A stretch of DNA of 64,000 nucleotides from Octopus vulgaris (GCA_951406725.2 OX597820.1:71672001-71736000); one strand, 5' to 3'. Shown: positions 25,581-40,157, counted from the first letter of the stretch. Made by a program: numbers and translations. The notes: generated by a model not told the origin, from the letters alone.

Positions 25581-26169
25581 GTCAGTGAATGCTTACGAAA
25601 CTAAGTTGATCTGACATCAGTGTTTATATCTCAGTTATAAATGGTGATATTGTTTGTGTTTGAACTGCAACTGGTAAAATTTGTCAACATTTTTTGTCAG
25701 CAAGCTGTCTGCTAGCTCTGTGCTTTTGGATTCCTCTGAAATAAAAATCCCTTACTTGAAAAACTGATGAGGCTAACCATAAAAATCTTGCCTCCAATTT
25801 ACCCTCATCTAAGCCATGTTATGGAGAAAAATAGATATGAAATAAAACAAGCAATTGTGTTTGTTATGACAATTTCTTGTGACAGTTTCTTTGGTAAAGC
25901 TTCATTGGTATTCATTTGCATGTTGTATAGATCTTCACTAAGCTTTACTTCCCCTTCAACTCTATGACAAGCCAGTTGTGCTGAAGTAGGCTGTGATTTC
26001 ACAGAATATTAACTGTGCTTTATGCGTTTGCTATTAATCATTCTAACTTTCATCTATTAACATTCGATACACTTGAGTAATTGATAGCCATGCTTTGCTC
26101 ACATTAATAAGGAATTTAATTAAGATATTCGATGGATCCAGTTTTAATACTGACATCATCACACTAGAT

Positions 26170-26400
26170 CAGTGGTTCTTAACCAGGGTTCATCTGATCC
26201 CTTGGGGGTCTATATAATATTTTATTGTTAAAATTTATCTGCAATAAATTGGTTATTCTTTTACAATGCACAATATATTTTAACAAGTTTTTAATACAAA
26301 TTCTTAATATTTAATTATAAAACATCAAACTGCAAGGAAGGTAAATCTAAGTAAAATAGAAATCAAAGAGGCCCATGGTTAAAAATGGTTGAGAAACACT
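26170..26400. mobile_element. hAT/Charlie-type MITE, second copy
   Basis: TIRs cagtggttcttaacc ... ggttgagaaacact. actagat is duplicated at both flanks (Charlie-like NTCTAGAN site). The interior is the reverse complement of 6462-6715. Confidence 0.8.
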
Positions 26401-27383
26401 ACTAGATGCTGGTCAGCACATTACTGTCAACTATATTATTTATTTCTTAATAGCTTCATTTTGTCAGAAACACTCTTTCTGTTGTACATGCCACCTACTT
26501 TTGACAAAACATATTCTTTCATTTACATGTGGAACTGGATATGAAGAAATGCTGCAATGTCTTGTTTTCACAATTCTAGTTTAATATGAAAAGGAAATTT
26601 TTTAATGACAGTGTTGAGTGGAATGAACCCCAAAACAGGTGGTTATGAAATACCATTCAGAGCCAAACAACCACATCTGCACATATATTAAATGGTATAT
26701 ATTTCAAATAAATTATATACAAGTTAAACAGTATATTGTTTTGCAGTATGAACCTCACATGCTTAACATTTCCATTTTGTATTCTTGAAAATAATTTTTT
26801 TTATGATTCTGAAAAAATTTATTCAATTTTCATTTTTTAAAGAATTTCTTACCAGCCTTCAAATTTTGTAACTTCTCCATTTTACATATTCCACTTTGCT
26901 TCATAATTTTTTCCTGAATTGAATGTATTAAACGTTCAAGATTACAATTTCTGCAAGAAAAATTTAGTTTGTGAGTAGGGTTAAGGTTAGGGTATAGCAA
27001 TTAGGATTAGAATTACATGAGAAGTTATATCATTTTTTAAAAGATTGGATTGAAGTATTTTTCTTTTTTTATACCCAATTGTCATTTTGAATGTTTAAAA
27101 CCACAAAAGCCAGAAAAACATTTCCAATACATTTAAATTTGAGAAGTATAGTTGAATAGGATGCTTGTATGCTTGTGGCACAATATATATATAGAGAGAG
27201 AAGGGGTGAAAAGGAGAGGGAGAGAGAGAGTCAACAGGTGTGATTGAGAGAATCACAGAATAGAAAACACTTAATAGTGCTCAAATGATTTGAACTTACA
27301 CTTTAATATCTTTGCTGAGGACCAAATCAGCAGGATAAAGAGTGACTGTAAGGGGATTGGATTTCCCTACATGTATGTGTGTT

Positions 27384-27436
<53 letters not shown>

Positions 27437-27439
<3 letters not shown>

Positions 27440-28710
27440 CATCATTGGCGTCATTTAACATCAGACTTTCATGCTCACATAGGTTGGATGGTTTGATAAC
27501 ATCTTAGGAAATAGGGATAACTATGTCAAGTTCTAAAATCTGCTTTAGTAAGTTTTCTATGGCTGTACGACCTTCCCAATGATAACCACATTACATAGTA
27601 TGACAGGTGCTTTTTTATGACATTAACACTTCTGATGTCATTAAGTAACTCATATGGTAAAGCAAATGCTCTCTTGATTGAGTGGGGTCGTAGTAGAGAG
27701 GGAAGTCACTTTAGGTTGGTGTTGAGAGGCTAGAGTATGAAAGGGGAGCAGGCATGGGCCACTTGATATAGAGATTACTTTGCATTATATAAAGGTGTAT
27801 GTGTGTAGTTGGAAAAGAAAAGATAGTGGTAATGAGGTATCAGCATATTCTCAAGGCATAAGAGGATAAAGGATTAGGAAGAATCAACGAGTAAGTTCAT
27901 AAGAGAGTAGAAGGAGAGTGACAGATGGTTATATATAGGGGTAAAGGCAAATGTAGGGAAACATAAACAAGGGTGGAAATATGTGTTGATGTCAAATATC
28001 AGTATGAAAGGAAAGGTGAAAGAAATAGGAGTGGATCAGAAAGAAAGAGGTGATAAGTGGAAATACAAGAAGAGCGGAAAGCAAAAGTATTGTAAACTAA
28101 AGATAGATCAGAAAATAGAGGGATAATGTAGAAGATTGGATAGGGAGTGAGAGAGAGAGAGAGAGGGGGGGTCAGAGAGAGAGTGAGAGAAAGTTGTAGA
28201 GTGATAACGATGCAGGTCAGAGGTACACAGGGTGACTATAGTGAGTGAAGGACAAAAATATGAGGAATATGTCAATAGCAGATATGAGAGGATTTAAAAA
28301 AAGATGTTTGATATTTCAATGATGTAGCTCAAAGGAACCCTTTCCTATGCAATTTTGCTCTCATATGATTACACCAGCTGATTAGTGACATAGTTTAATG
28401 AGTGATGGAGGGATGGGTGTTAGGAAGATGAAGTGTGGAGAAGGTTTGATGTGGACAGATTAGATGAAGGGTCCAGTGAGTATTTAGACCTAAACATATG
28501 GTTTTTAGGACCTCACTTTCACAATGACAGGCAAGCATTCCTGAGTACAGCGAATCACCAATCATCTCAGGCCTTTATCATCTCCCTGAAGCTCAACAGC
28601 TTGAACTCAGCAGCTTTCACTACTTCATCTCAGTTTTCCCAGATCTTCTTTTACAAGTTCTACCCACTTTAAGCTGCCCTCATCCATATTCATTACATGA
28701 CCATACTTTT
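27437..28710 (-). mobile_element. Old RTE 3' end with a long purine/pyrimidine-skewed 3' UTR
   Basis: Tail catcatt..tttaacatcagactttcatgctcacataggttggatgg at 27440, a GA-rich tract at 27690-28480, and a 'YGHVMNMD' ORF2 remnant at about 28680-28707. Confidence 0.6.
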
Positions 28711-30175
28711 CTCTTGTGAAAAACATGTCTAATCAAGAGGAAATATTACCTTGCTTGAAAATAGGTGAGGGTTGTTGGCAAGATGACCATATATCCATAG
28801 AAAAATCTGCCTCAACAAATTTATTCTGGCTCGTCTGACAAGGAAAATGGACTTAAATTATTGATGAGTGGATAATCCATGAGAGTGTTGAGTTATTCTT
28901 AATCAAGACAAATATTTTATACTGGCATTTGCTTTTTCAATATTTCTAATCAAAATAAATCCTTTTCCATTGATATTATGATAGACATTTAGTTTAGAAT
29001 TCTGTTACATGTACATGCACTGTGCTTCAAGATTTTGATGTGCAAAATTGATTTTTCAATTTATATGAGATGTAAAATGACATGTTTCATTCTAAACCAA
29101 TTTTGTCAAGTTATATTTCAAACGATTTTTACTGCCATAGGTTATCAGCTGTAGGTTTAACCAATTAAATGTTAAAAATGAGCTAGATATGAAGACTAAG
29201 TTATATTAAATATTAATATACTGATTAAAAGTGGGAAAATATTATGGTATAATATTTAACTTGCATGTAAGGATCAAAACAAAAATGTTAGCAGTTAGTA
29301 AGAAGTATAAATAAAAAGAGCAAAGATGTTTATGTGACAGGGTTAAAATATGTGTAATGGATGAAATGACGGTAGAGATATTATATTCATCATACCATAA
29401 TTCCTTCATACATCATATGTGGAAGTATTGCATTTTATTACTGATTCCATGAATAACAAATAGCATTTAATTTATTCTCTTGTGGTAAATAATGAATACT
29501 AATGAGAAGAAAAATTAATTATGGAAATGATAAATAGATTTCATCATAGGTCAAGAATTTATCTTTAAATATTTAAAGTTAATTTAACCTAAAAGCTAGT
29601 TAATTTTAGCGATTTATGAATTAACACAATGAATGCAAGAAGTATATTAATTTTTTTTTTAATAATACATCAAACTATGAATTTTGTCCCAAAGATAGTC
29701 CTGAAAATGTTCGTACTGTATGTGATTTATGTTAGTCAATTTATGTGATTTAACAGATTCCAGATGCTAATCAATCAATTAATCAAGCCAGGCATTGATC
29801 TCCCATGTTAGGTGGAAGACAAAATGGGAATTTAAATTGACAGCAAATTTCTTGTATATCAACTGCTCTCATATCAGAAGATCTGATCAAAACACTGATC
29901 TTTGTCATTTAAATGGTAACAATAACTATTACACATTAAATAAGTGTGTATTAATTAGTTTAAACAAGGCTAAGTTTTGCTAGAGAGTGGCAAAGTTGAC
30001 TGAATTAACTTCAGTATAATACTTGTATTAATTATATCATCTAAGGGTAAATTAATATCAAATTCGACTTGCAGTGGAATTTATATCCAGAAAACTAAAA
30101 TCTAGAAGAATGAAGACATGCCTATTTGTTTTTTGTCATATGATATACAGTGATTCAAATTGTATCTTATATTAC

Positions 30176-30995
30176 ATTAACAGCTAAGCCCAGTTTCACC
30201 TGGTCGGTTTGGATGATATGGTTGTAAAACACTCTCTGTATAAGCATTTGACTTGTTTGGGCATGCTTACATTAAAAAGCAATTTTAGAATGACTTTTTT
30301 CTGTCAAAACGCTAAAAATAACTGACCAGCAAAAAAAAAAAAATCAGCCAAGATTCAACCAAATCAAAAAATAAACCCAAATACTAAGCTAACAAAAATG
30401 AACCATCCCACTTCCATTGCATGCACACACAAGCATACACACACATTCACGTACCTCCTTTTACATGCACACACATATATTCACACAGAGTTGAAATGCT
30501 GTTTGATTTATTTTTTCAGCATACAATTTTCCTCATCACATTACCAAGTATGACATCACTCCTTCCTTTCTCATTCATAAACACAAGAGTATTATTATAG
30601 TAGATTATGTTGGTAACCATGGGAGCTATGAAAAATATGACATCACCCCTTCGTTATTCATCTATCACCCCTTCCTTTCTCATTCATAAACACGAGTATT
30701 ATTATAGTGGATTATCTCGGTAACTCTGGGAGCTATAAAAAAAATACAAATGACATTACTCCTTCCTTCCTTATTCATCTATCACCCCTTCTTTTCTCAT
30801 TCATAAACACAAGAGTATTATCAAAGTAGATTATCTCAGTTACCATGGGAGCTATGAAAAAAATACAAAGCTCAGCATCACCACTGGATCATTCTACACA
30901 TCTGTGTAATTTTTTGTGCAATTCCACCCAGCCGTTTGACCGTGAATCCCAAGACAAGAAAGAATCGCCCATGTCAAATTTATATGTATATATTA
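30176..30995 (-). mobile_element. Non-autonomous Helitron-like element with internal tandem repeats
   Basis: The minus 3' end gaccaggtgaaactgggcttagctgttaat is a short hairpin plus a decayed CTAG(T). A Lep1-like block tgtgtaattt..gtgcaattccacccagccgtttgaccgtg and a tatatgtatata end lie at the other side. Confidence 0.5.
30550..30870. repeat. Three tandem units of about 88-120 bp
   Basis: atgacatcac..ccttcctttctcattcataaacacaagagtattat...ccatgggagctatgaaaaa at about 30550, 30638 and 30750. Confidence 0.9.
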
Positions 30996-32030
30996 TGTAT
31001 AAATTACTATCAAAATAATACAATAAAAATTGAGGTCTAAAACATTTTTATCATTGCAATTTCTGCTGTTGTCAGCTGTATTAAAAGCAGCACCAGTTTC
31101 TTCCTCAGCCTCATCTGTAATTTCGAATATACTTTATTTGAATGGATATCCTTAAATGTGGCTTTCTTCTTGCTTATTTTTTATTCTGAATAATTTTTTG
31201 TGATGCTACTTCTTTTCACGAACTGCTTCCTTGCTTTAAAATGGATTGATGAGCCACAAATTAGCTCATTTATAATATTTTGTGTCTATTATTCCTAAAC
31301 ATTCATCTTCACTTGATGGATTGAATTGGATGTAATATAGTAAAATATCTTTCTATGCTTTTTTTTTATCATCATATTCGAGATTTTGAGTGCTTAGGTT
31401 CAATGTTATTATTTTATCCCAAGCTATTAATGCTTTTTTTTGCCAGCTTTATTGCACGTATTTTCAGCCATCAAATCACAGAGTCTTAGCAACTTTGTAA
31501 ATTTCATTTCCAGTACAAATATTAATATACAGTCACTTTTACTGCATGCTATAGTTTACCTGTTAGAAACATTTTCACATTAATCAAGTCACATGCTTCT
31601 CTCTGATGAAACTGAAGTTAACTCTGGCCATTTACCTTGACAATGAGTGAACAAAATGCAAAATATAAATAATGTTTGTGTCATTAAGTTATTGCTGGAA
31701 TCAAGAATTTATTTTTTAAAGAAAATCAAAAATATAAATGACATTTGGAACTTGCTAGTTAGAAGAATATTTATAATTTTTATATTTTAAATTTTAGTCA
31801 AGAGAAGATGACCAATCTGTCATCAAGCATGACATTTTTGCAGAGATTCCATCACTTTTGGGGAAAAATAGAGGGAATATCTACAATTCATGTGTTGCTA
31901 AAGTAGGAAATTGTAAATAATGAGGTAACTAGATAACTCCCTTAGCTTGAAAATCTGTTGTGGAGTCATGCAACAAGGATGAAATGGTGACGTTAAACCA
32001 AGTGACAAATTATGTTTGCCTCCCTCATTC

Positions 32031-32690
32031 CATCATCATCATCTAATGTCTGTTTTCCATGCTGGCATGGGTTGGACGGTTTGTCTGGGGCTACACCATG
32101 CTCCAATCTGATCTGGCAAGGTTTCTACAGCTGGATGCCCTTCCTAACACTAACCACTCCAAGAGTGTAGTGGGTGCATTTTACGTGCTACCAGCATGGG
32201 AGCCAATCAGGGCTGTGGGGCTGGCATCAACCATGTTTGGATGGTGCTTTTTATGTGCCACTAGCACGGGAACCAGTTAGGCAGCACTGGCCACAACTAC
32301 AATTTCCATTTTGATTTCGATTTGATTGAGATTCTGATTGTGATTTTGATTTTGATTTTACTTCACCCAGTAGCTCTCCTTAAGCATGGCGTGTTGCCCA
32401 ATAATTCAAAGGTACTTTTTAAATGGGCTGGTTACGTGACACTGGTATAGGCTACGGCTGTAATCTCACTTTACCTGCTGGGTCTTCTCAATCCACTCCT
32501 TAGAAAAAAAGAAACAGGTGCAGTCCATTCAATGGGCTTCTGTACAGTTTCACTTTATGTAGTTTCACTTACAAAACTTGAATCAATCCAAGTTTGAGGT
32601 AGAAGACACTAGCTGAAGGTGTCTATTGAAATGTAAGTGGAACCATGCAATTATGAAGTGAACATTTTAACCATACAGCGATGCCTGTAC
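32031..32690 (-). mobile_element. RTE 3' UTR/tail (32031-32490) followed by a degenerate family A SINE head (32530-32690)
   Basis: (cat)n ctaatgtctgttttccatgctggcatgggttggacgg...gatgcccttcctaacac, with 2 hairpin units; then atgggcttctgtacagttt...agaagacac...ccatacagcgatgcctg. Confidence 0.8.
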
Positions 32691-35199
32691 TCAGGTTTTC
32701 CAATTTATTCTGTTCCTAAGAAAGACAGCTTCTGTATAGTTAACAAAAAAGATCCACCATGTACTTTTCAGCTTTGGGATTAGCGGTAAGCGAAATGTGT
32801 AAAGTTGCGTAAAAACTTATTCTATCAATATGCAAATCTTCAAGTTTGAAAGGAAAAAGAAACAAATATAAATTCCTGTAAGCAAGAAAGAGATTACAGA
32901 AGAGCTGAAATTATTCTTTAAATTCAATAAGAACACTTTATTTCCTAATGTTTGCTTTCTTTCATATACTAATTTGTGTTATTGTTAAAAATAATAAAAG
33001 GAAATGTTTTCAACTTAAACAAATATTTTGCATTGCTTTTTGTTTAAAGTATTCATCCATGCAATATTTAATTTTTTAAAACATTATGTAGTGTCCTTAA
33101 TAAGAATAGAAAGTCTTTGTTTTTTTATCACCTTTAATATATTTCTCTTTGAAAACTATTTAGTGATTTATTAGCCTTTAAATATTCCACTCCACTGAGC
33201 ACAAATAACATTCAAACTAATTTATTGAACATTTTACTATGTTACTGATAACTTTGCTTTTTTGTTTCAATTGTACAAATGATATATTTATTAATTATTC
33301 AATAATATATATATATATATATATATATACGCATATATTCACTTCATGCTCACCATTTGATACTTCTGCTAAATTTTACCCATTGTTACAAGACATCTTC
33401 TTATCAGACTATTTGCCACTCCTGCATAGTATTTATTTCAAAACAAAAGATTCTAAACATAAAACTTTTTAGTCTTACTATCTTTTTTTTATTAGAGAAT
33501 TTTTTTTTTGACTCAGAAATATTTTATCATGATATAAACAATATTTCTGATACATATGATTAAATATAGAAATTCAATAATTTTTTCTTTTATTTATTTT
33601 AACTATTTAAAGCTTTCTTTAATATTCAAATATTATATTGTAACCTATCTGAATTATTGAATTATATTTATTGTTTACAATATCTGAAATTATTTTTTAA
33701 GCATATTATAGTGTATTAAAAATCAATATTTAAATTGGTGTGTATAACTGTGCAGCATCAATAAAGTTTCTTTAAGATATTTCATTGTTAACTTTTGAGG
33801 TATAAAAATTTGTTAAAATAAACTCTGTCAGGTAACTAATTTTCTTTTTAGCAATGAAAACTTTAAATCATATTTCTAATTAATACATAATCAGCAAAAT
33901 GTATGGAATTAAAAATATTTTGTGTAGTACATGAAGAAAGCAATTATGTTAATTCTTCATTAATTTTCCCTTCATCTTATTGTGACTTTCCAGTGTGAAA
34001 TTACCTTCTCATAAGACATGTATTTAGAAATCTTATGAATGAAGAATGTTTGTAAAATAATTTGAATATATGGAAATAACATTTTGAAATAAAAACAATA
34101 TTTTAAAATCCTAATTTAAACTGTTTTACTTTAGGAATTGAAATTATGTTTGTATACAAGTTTGGATCAAAGGTTGGTAATTTTCTTTGTATTTATTTTT
34201 TAGTTATTTTCAACTATAATTATTGTAAAATATATTAAAATAGCTTTTATTGAGCATTTTGTTTTTCATATTTGCTATAACTTTAGAGTTGCTTTTCATA
34301 AAACTGGTTATGACAAATAATATTATTTTATTACATCAATACATCTAAAGTTATTAAATTTTATGATTTAACTATGTGTTTCATAACCTGGAATTTATTA
34401 TTTTTTTTTCATTGAAATCCTTAAAAGGTTTTAATAACTGTTGTTAAGATACAAATAATATTCAGGATTATGTATTTGATTTCAAAAACAGCAACATACT
34501 TTAACATACTTTCTATTTCTTTAATTGTTATCTTCCAAGTTTTGATTTGAATAATTATTTATTTCTTAAACTTTCATCAAACATATTAATAACAATTTTG
34601 GGGTTGTACTTATTAAGCAAGTTACTTGATTTAAGTTTGTGTGTTCAAACTGAAACAATTACAGTGTGGAGGAGTCAAAATAGCCTCTTAAAATTCAGTG
34701 TCTTCATGATAATATTGGTTACTACATTGTGTCAAAAATATGACTTCCAATAGATTGTGTCAGTGAGGAAGGTGCAAATGTTTGACAATACTTTTTGACA
34801 CTTTATAGCATGCAATAAAAGGAAAGTAAAAGTAAAAGGAAACAAAAGTAAAGGAAATATAAACACATATACGTGTTTTAAATGACTATCTTTCATGATG
34901 TAATTGTATTAACAGTAAACAAGAAAAAAAATATATATAGTTGACTTCTAAATTTAATACTAGAAAAAACACTATTCTTTTCTGTTTATGCCAGTGGGGC
35001 TTGTGGCAAAGAGTAAGCATAACTGTCTCTGTGTTTGTATATAAGTTTTTATAAGAACATTCTGCAACTTATTCAACTACCAAACTAAAACTCAACATCA
35101 AATAATCAAACAAAGAAATAGCAAATAAATAAACCATAGTAAAATAATAGCAGACATTTGTATTTAGCACAAATCAGACACTGAAACATGTATAGACTA

Positions 35200-37130
35200 A
35201 CTAGTATCACCAACAATGGTTGCACACTGCTATGCATAGCAAATGCTCTTATCAGGCATTTCTTGAGAATCAGCATATTTAAAAAAGCATATTAAAATGA
35301 CCAAAGCATTAAACAAAAGTTATGCACTTTCTACTAAGATCATGGTTTTGACCCCTTCCCACTTACATCATACAACAACATGGTAATTGGTAAATTTACT
35401 ACATCAAAGGCCTTTGGGAAAGACAAAAGGCAAAATCTTATATCTAAATTAGGCTCTACAGGAACCACTGCACTTCTTAATATCTGCAACTACATGTACT
35501 GGCATCATAAAATCCTGAAACTTTGGAAGATGTACAGAATCGTATGATTTTTCACAGGTTCCCTATCCATTGTTCTCCTATGCACAACCTCAAGAATCCT
35601 AGATAGAGCAATTACTGACATCGCTAACACATTCTGTCTTCAATTAATAGTAAAAGTGCAGCCCACTGCACTCACCCATTCACTACTCATAAGCCTAATA
35701 CAGAAAATACATGATAACCTCGACAACAAAAACATGTCTTATGTACCATTCTAAACACCATTTACATTAGTAAAATTGATGATAACATTCCATATGTACA
35801 CAAGCACACACACACACACACACACACAAAAAAACCTTCACTTGAAACAATACAAAACATGTTCTAGCAAATTATGTGTCAGGTTGTGAAGTCTATCTGC
35901 AGTACAGGAGCAATACTTCCAGAACTTGCAAGTTCTCAAATGGAGAATAGAATACCAAAAGGGCTCATCCTCTCACCCACTCTTTTCAACCTCTACTTAT
36001 ATGATGTTGTACTTACACAAAATCTGCTAATAGCCTCATATGCAGATGACATCACACTCACACCCATCTACCATTCTCCAGTTATTGCTGTACAAGTACT
36101 CCATTTTGATATAAATCATCTTGAAACTTGGCTCAATAATAAACAGGCGTAAAGTAAAGTAGCATTTATCAAATCCACTATCTCCAACTTTTTACCAGCA
36201 ATCATTGATAGCATCAAATACAACTAACCATCACATTATCATCATCATCATCATTAACTTCATCATCCAGTGTTTTGAATCCAAGTTTTGTCCCCGTTAA
36301 CGGGGGTGGCCGGATCTACCTCAATGCCGTAGCAACTGCCCTCACACCATCTTGTCATCTTGCTCAGTTTTGGGTGTCCTCCCTTCTCAAGCCAACCCTC
36401 CCAATCTCCCCCTCCACCTGTCCCCTCCACGTTTTCTTCAGTCTACCTTGCTTTCATGGTCCATTTGCCTTAAATTCAAGCACCCTCCTCAGAGCATGCT
36501 TCTCTTACAAAGCATATACATGTAACACACACATGCACACAAGAACACACACACACACACACACACACATGGAAAGCAAAAATACTAGGCATTACATATG
36601 ACATCTGTGCCGCATTCACAAGACACATAGAAGAATAGTAGAGAGAGCAAAATGATGCACATACTTAGAGCAATAATCTTTACCCTAATTAGGCAGCAGA
36701 AAGAAATAGCATTCGACGATGTACAAACAATGCATGAGAAAATGCCAAACTTATATAGGTTCCTAATATCTCTGTAGCAAACTACAATAAACAACAAAGT
36801 ATGCAAAACAGTGTAGTATGTATCATGAAAGTAGTACACAGACCACTTGCCTATATAATAGACAAATAATACTGTAAATGAAAGATGACCAAGACATGCC
36901 AAGGATATTGATTGTTACAATAGTAAACTTGATATACCATGGTCTGTGTCACTACATGACAAGCCACTTCCAAAAAATTGGATGCTTATACAATATCCTA
37001 GAGCATTACTTTAATATGCTGAGAACTTTTACTCTCCTACTCTGCTCAGACAATCATTAAAAACTTAAATGCACAGAAATAGCTGCAGCATTATATGCAA
37101 TCATATGTTGAGGAGTATATGATTCATCTG
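35200..37130 (+). mobile_element. Degenerate I/Jockey-like LINE ORF2, interrupted by an RTE fragment
   Basis: ORF 35874-36152 has IPKGLILSPTLFNLYLYDV...ASYADDITL (RT motifs). The continuation 'LGITYD..FTRHIEE..HILRAI' lies at about 36586-36680. Confidence 0.75.
36237..36500 (-). mobile_element. 3' end of a second RTE family
   Basis: Minus translation HALRRVLEFKANGP*KQGRLKKTWRGQVEGEIGRVGLRREDTQN, with a (CAT)n tail at about 36237. Confidence 0.8.
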
Positions 37131-37444
37131 TGCATATCAGATTGTGCAGTGTATGCTGAGCTGTGCAGAGATAGTAAAACTGGGAAGATGGATCTGTGGG
37201 TCACAACTCATCATTCAGTCAGCTATATGACTGACCTGACCATGTAGCTTCTGGTGAAAAGGTTTAATTTATTTTGCACATCCTTACCTTTACTGAAACT
37301 CTACATTTTGTACAATAAGCTACATAGTGATTTAAATTGACACCAAATATATCTACTCTCTTACAAGCAGTTTCAGTACTATTATGTGAACCACTCAATT
37401 TAGTGAGGCCATGAAACCAGTGCTTCACTACATCATAAACATTA

Positions 37445-37676
37445 ATACTGGTTTCAGATTTTGGCATAAGGTCAGTAATTTCAGGGCAGCAGGTAAGTTG
37501 ATTACATTGACACCCAGTACTCAATACCTATTTTATTGACCCCAAAAGGATTAAAGGCAAAGTAGACACCAGTAGCATTTGAACTCAGAATGTAAAGTCA
37601 GAAGAGTAAATAGTAAAAATAGAAGAGTAAATATTTTTTCCAGGGTGGCAACAATTCTACTAGCTTACCACCTTCA
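37445..37676 (-). mobile_element. Nin/Deu-domain-like tRNA-derived SINE (family C)
   Basis: The reverse complement has ttctgagttcaaatg (B box) and tttgcctttaatccttttggggtcaataaaataggta (Nin/Deu-like gcctttcatcctttcggggtcgataaa). Confidence 0.7.
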
Positions 37677-38792
37677 GCATAAACATTAATATTTAATATA
37701 TTTTCTGTTATGCAATTATTAAAACATCTACATCTTAATATAACTTCAATCTTAAAATGAAAATGTGATTTGTTATTTCTTTTCAGCATTGTAATTAAGC
37801 ACCTTATTCTTAGAACTGACATGTACTTTTTTTAAACTCATGAATATATGAAGCATTAGCAATTTGGTTAACACTGAAACTATCTTATTTGCCTAACTTT
37901 ACATCTTCAATGGACAATTTAAAAAAAAATATTCCTCTATTGTATTTGATTTTTTGTTATTATTCTTAGTTTACTAACTTCATTTATCTGTCTTCTATAC
38001 TATGAACATCTTTAAGTGATGAGATCATACTGACACACCACTGCCTCCACATCTTAAAACACTGCAGCAGGTGATATACTCTGCTTCATACTTATTCTTT
38101 TTCCTTGAAGTAGCATCATATAATTAGATTTACATACTATAGATATTATATATGAAGGGTTACACAACTTTAATTTATTGCATATGTATTGAACTGTATT
38201 CGACTCCCAGCTGAGACAAAGCAATGATCAATTGTCAGCAAATACACAATGAAAATGTTTCCAGACATTATATTGCTTCATATTTAACACCATATTAATA
38301 CTGCATCATATTTTGCAATTATAAAAAAGAAGCCAGACACAGAAATAAGGTGTTTTATTGTGTAAAATGTGCCTTATCTGCACAAAGCCTGAATGTTAAG
38401 GAAATAACAAAAACAATGAAATGATAAATTTTAGTTCTAAAATGGTTACTCTGAGTATGAAATGAATAATCTTGGCAAAATGAATTCAGTTTTGATATGA
38501 TCCAAAATGAAATAAATGCTTAACTTTTTTTCTGTTATCTTTCAATTAAGTTATAATATTTTGTTGACAAGTTATGACCTAATTAGCTTCTTTTGTCTGA
38601 TTTTAAACTTAATACCATATCAGTTCTAGGCTGTCTCAGATTTCTAAGATCGATGAGGTTTATATTCATCCTGGATTTCTGTAACTTGGTGTTTGTTGGG
38701 AATGTCTAGCTAGGAAAGTATTTCCTGGAGGGTATAGTCCTGGACTAGAAATGTTTTCTGTAGTTATGTGTGTGTGTGTGTGTGTGCATGCA

Positions 38793-39295
38793 GACATGGC
38801 TGTGTTAAGAATTTCACTTTCCATCTGCATGGTTTCTGGTTCAGTCCCACTGCATGGCACTTTGGGAAAGTGTCTTGTATTACAACCATGTGTTGGCCAA
38901 ACTTGTGTGTAGGTTTGGTTCACAGAAACTGAAAGAAGCCAACATGTATACATATACATCTTTTATCTTTTACTTGTTTTAGCCATTAGATTGTGCCCAT
39001 GCTGGGGCACCACCTTGAAGAATTTTTTAGTCAAATGTATTGAACCCAGTACTTATTTTTTTTTAAAGCCTAGTACTTATTCTATCAGTCTCTTTTGCCA
39101 AACTGCTAAGTTACAGGAAGGTAAACAAACCAGTACCAGTTGTCAAGCAGTGATGAGGGGAATATACACACACACACATACATATACATATACATATGAC
39201 TGGCTTCTTTCAGTTTCTGTCTACCAAATCTACTCACAAGGCTTTGGTCAGCCCAAGGCTATAATTGGAGACACGTGCCCAAGGTGTCACAGTGT
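38793..39295. mobile_element. Two family A SINEs in inverted orientation (plus 38793-38950; minus 38960-39295)
   Basis: cagaaactgaaagaagcc (38923) versus ggcttctttcagtttctg (39202); head motifs are present on both strands. Confidence 0.85.
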
Positions 39296-39462
39296 GTTTA
39301 GTAGATTCATTTCATCCCCTAACACTCATCACTACTCTTTCTATGGTGCTACTTCACTAGTGTATTCACCTGAGAGCAGAATAGGCACATACTACATAAC
39401 CTCCTCTTTGGTTCTCCCTTCTGCTATACTCCATTTTTAACACCTCTCTTATCTACTATTAC

Positions 39463-39575
39463 CTTTCATCTTTTAGAGGTCGATAAAATAAGTACCAGTT
39501 TATCACTGGGATTGATGTAATTGACTTATCCCCTCTCCTAAAATTGCTGGCCTTGTGTCAAAATATGAAACTAAT
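39463..39575 (+). mobile_element. Family C SINE 3' fragment
   Basis: cctttcatcttttagaggtcgataaaataagtaccagtt..cactgggattgatgtaattgac...aaattgctggccttgtgtcaaaa. Confidence 0.75.
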
Positions 39576-40079
39576 ATCTAAAAGTTGTAGCAAGTTTTGA
39601 ATCTTGATTTTGTACTGGAAAATATAATTAAGTTAACTATGTAGAGGTAGTGGACTTCAGTGTTAAAATCTGTCCATCAGTTTGTATCAATACTTTTTAT
39701 CTTTTTGCTTGGTTTGGAGGTTCCTTTTTTTTTTTTTTTGCTTAATATACATTCCATTATATTTCTTAGATATTGCGAAGACACTTTCTATTTTAGTTTC
39801 CAAAATATATATTTGTAACGTCTTTGATGCTGTCTGTAATCAATGTACCATGGTTCCTATAATGTCTCCCCACTTTAGTAAATTACAACTACCTAGCTGA
39901 ACGTGTAGGCTCTATTTACATTTCTCTGTTTTGTTTTTAGAGTCAAATGCCAGCTTATAATTTTCGTTTCATTCTTTGTAAATCTGTGGATCTATCTCAT
40001 TTTGTTTTGGTTTTATGAATGTTTGTTACTCATATATTTTTACCACACACACACACACACACACAGTGTGTTCTTGCAC

Positions 40080-40146
<67 letters not shown>

Positions 40147-40157
40147 AGAGTAGTAGT
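40080..40157. repeat. (GTA)n microsatellite
   Basis: Read directly from the sequence. Confidence 0.95.

Noticed and set aside
25762-25800. CTGATGA followed by a GGC/GCC stem
   Set aside because: There is no GAAA segment, so it is not a hammerhead.
26975-27012. Interstitial telomere-like TTAGGG
   Set aside because: Only 3-4 degenerate units; insufficient.
28710-28870. Twister-like ribozyme next to an RTE-type tail (gaggg motif)
   Set aside because: The copy is too decayed, and the twister core and pseudoknots are not identifiable.
31030-31120. Minus-strand protein-like frame DEAEEETGAAFNTADNSR
   Set aside because: Poor polypyrimidine tract, no donor site and no recognisable homology.
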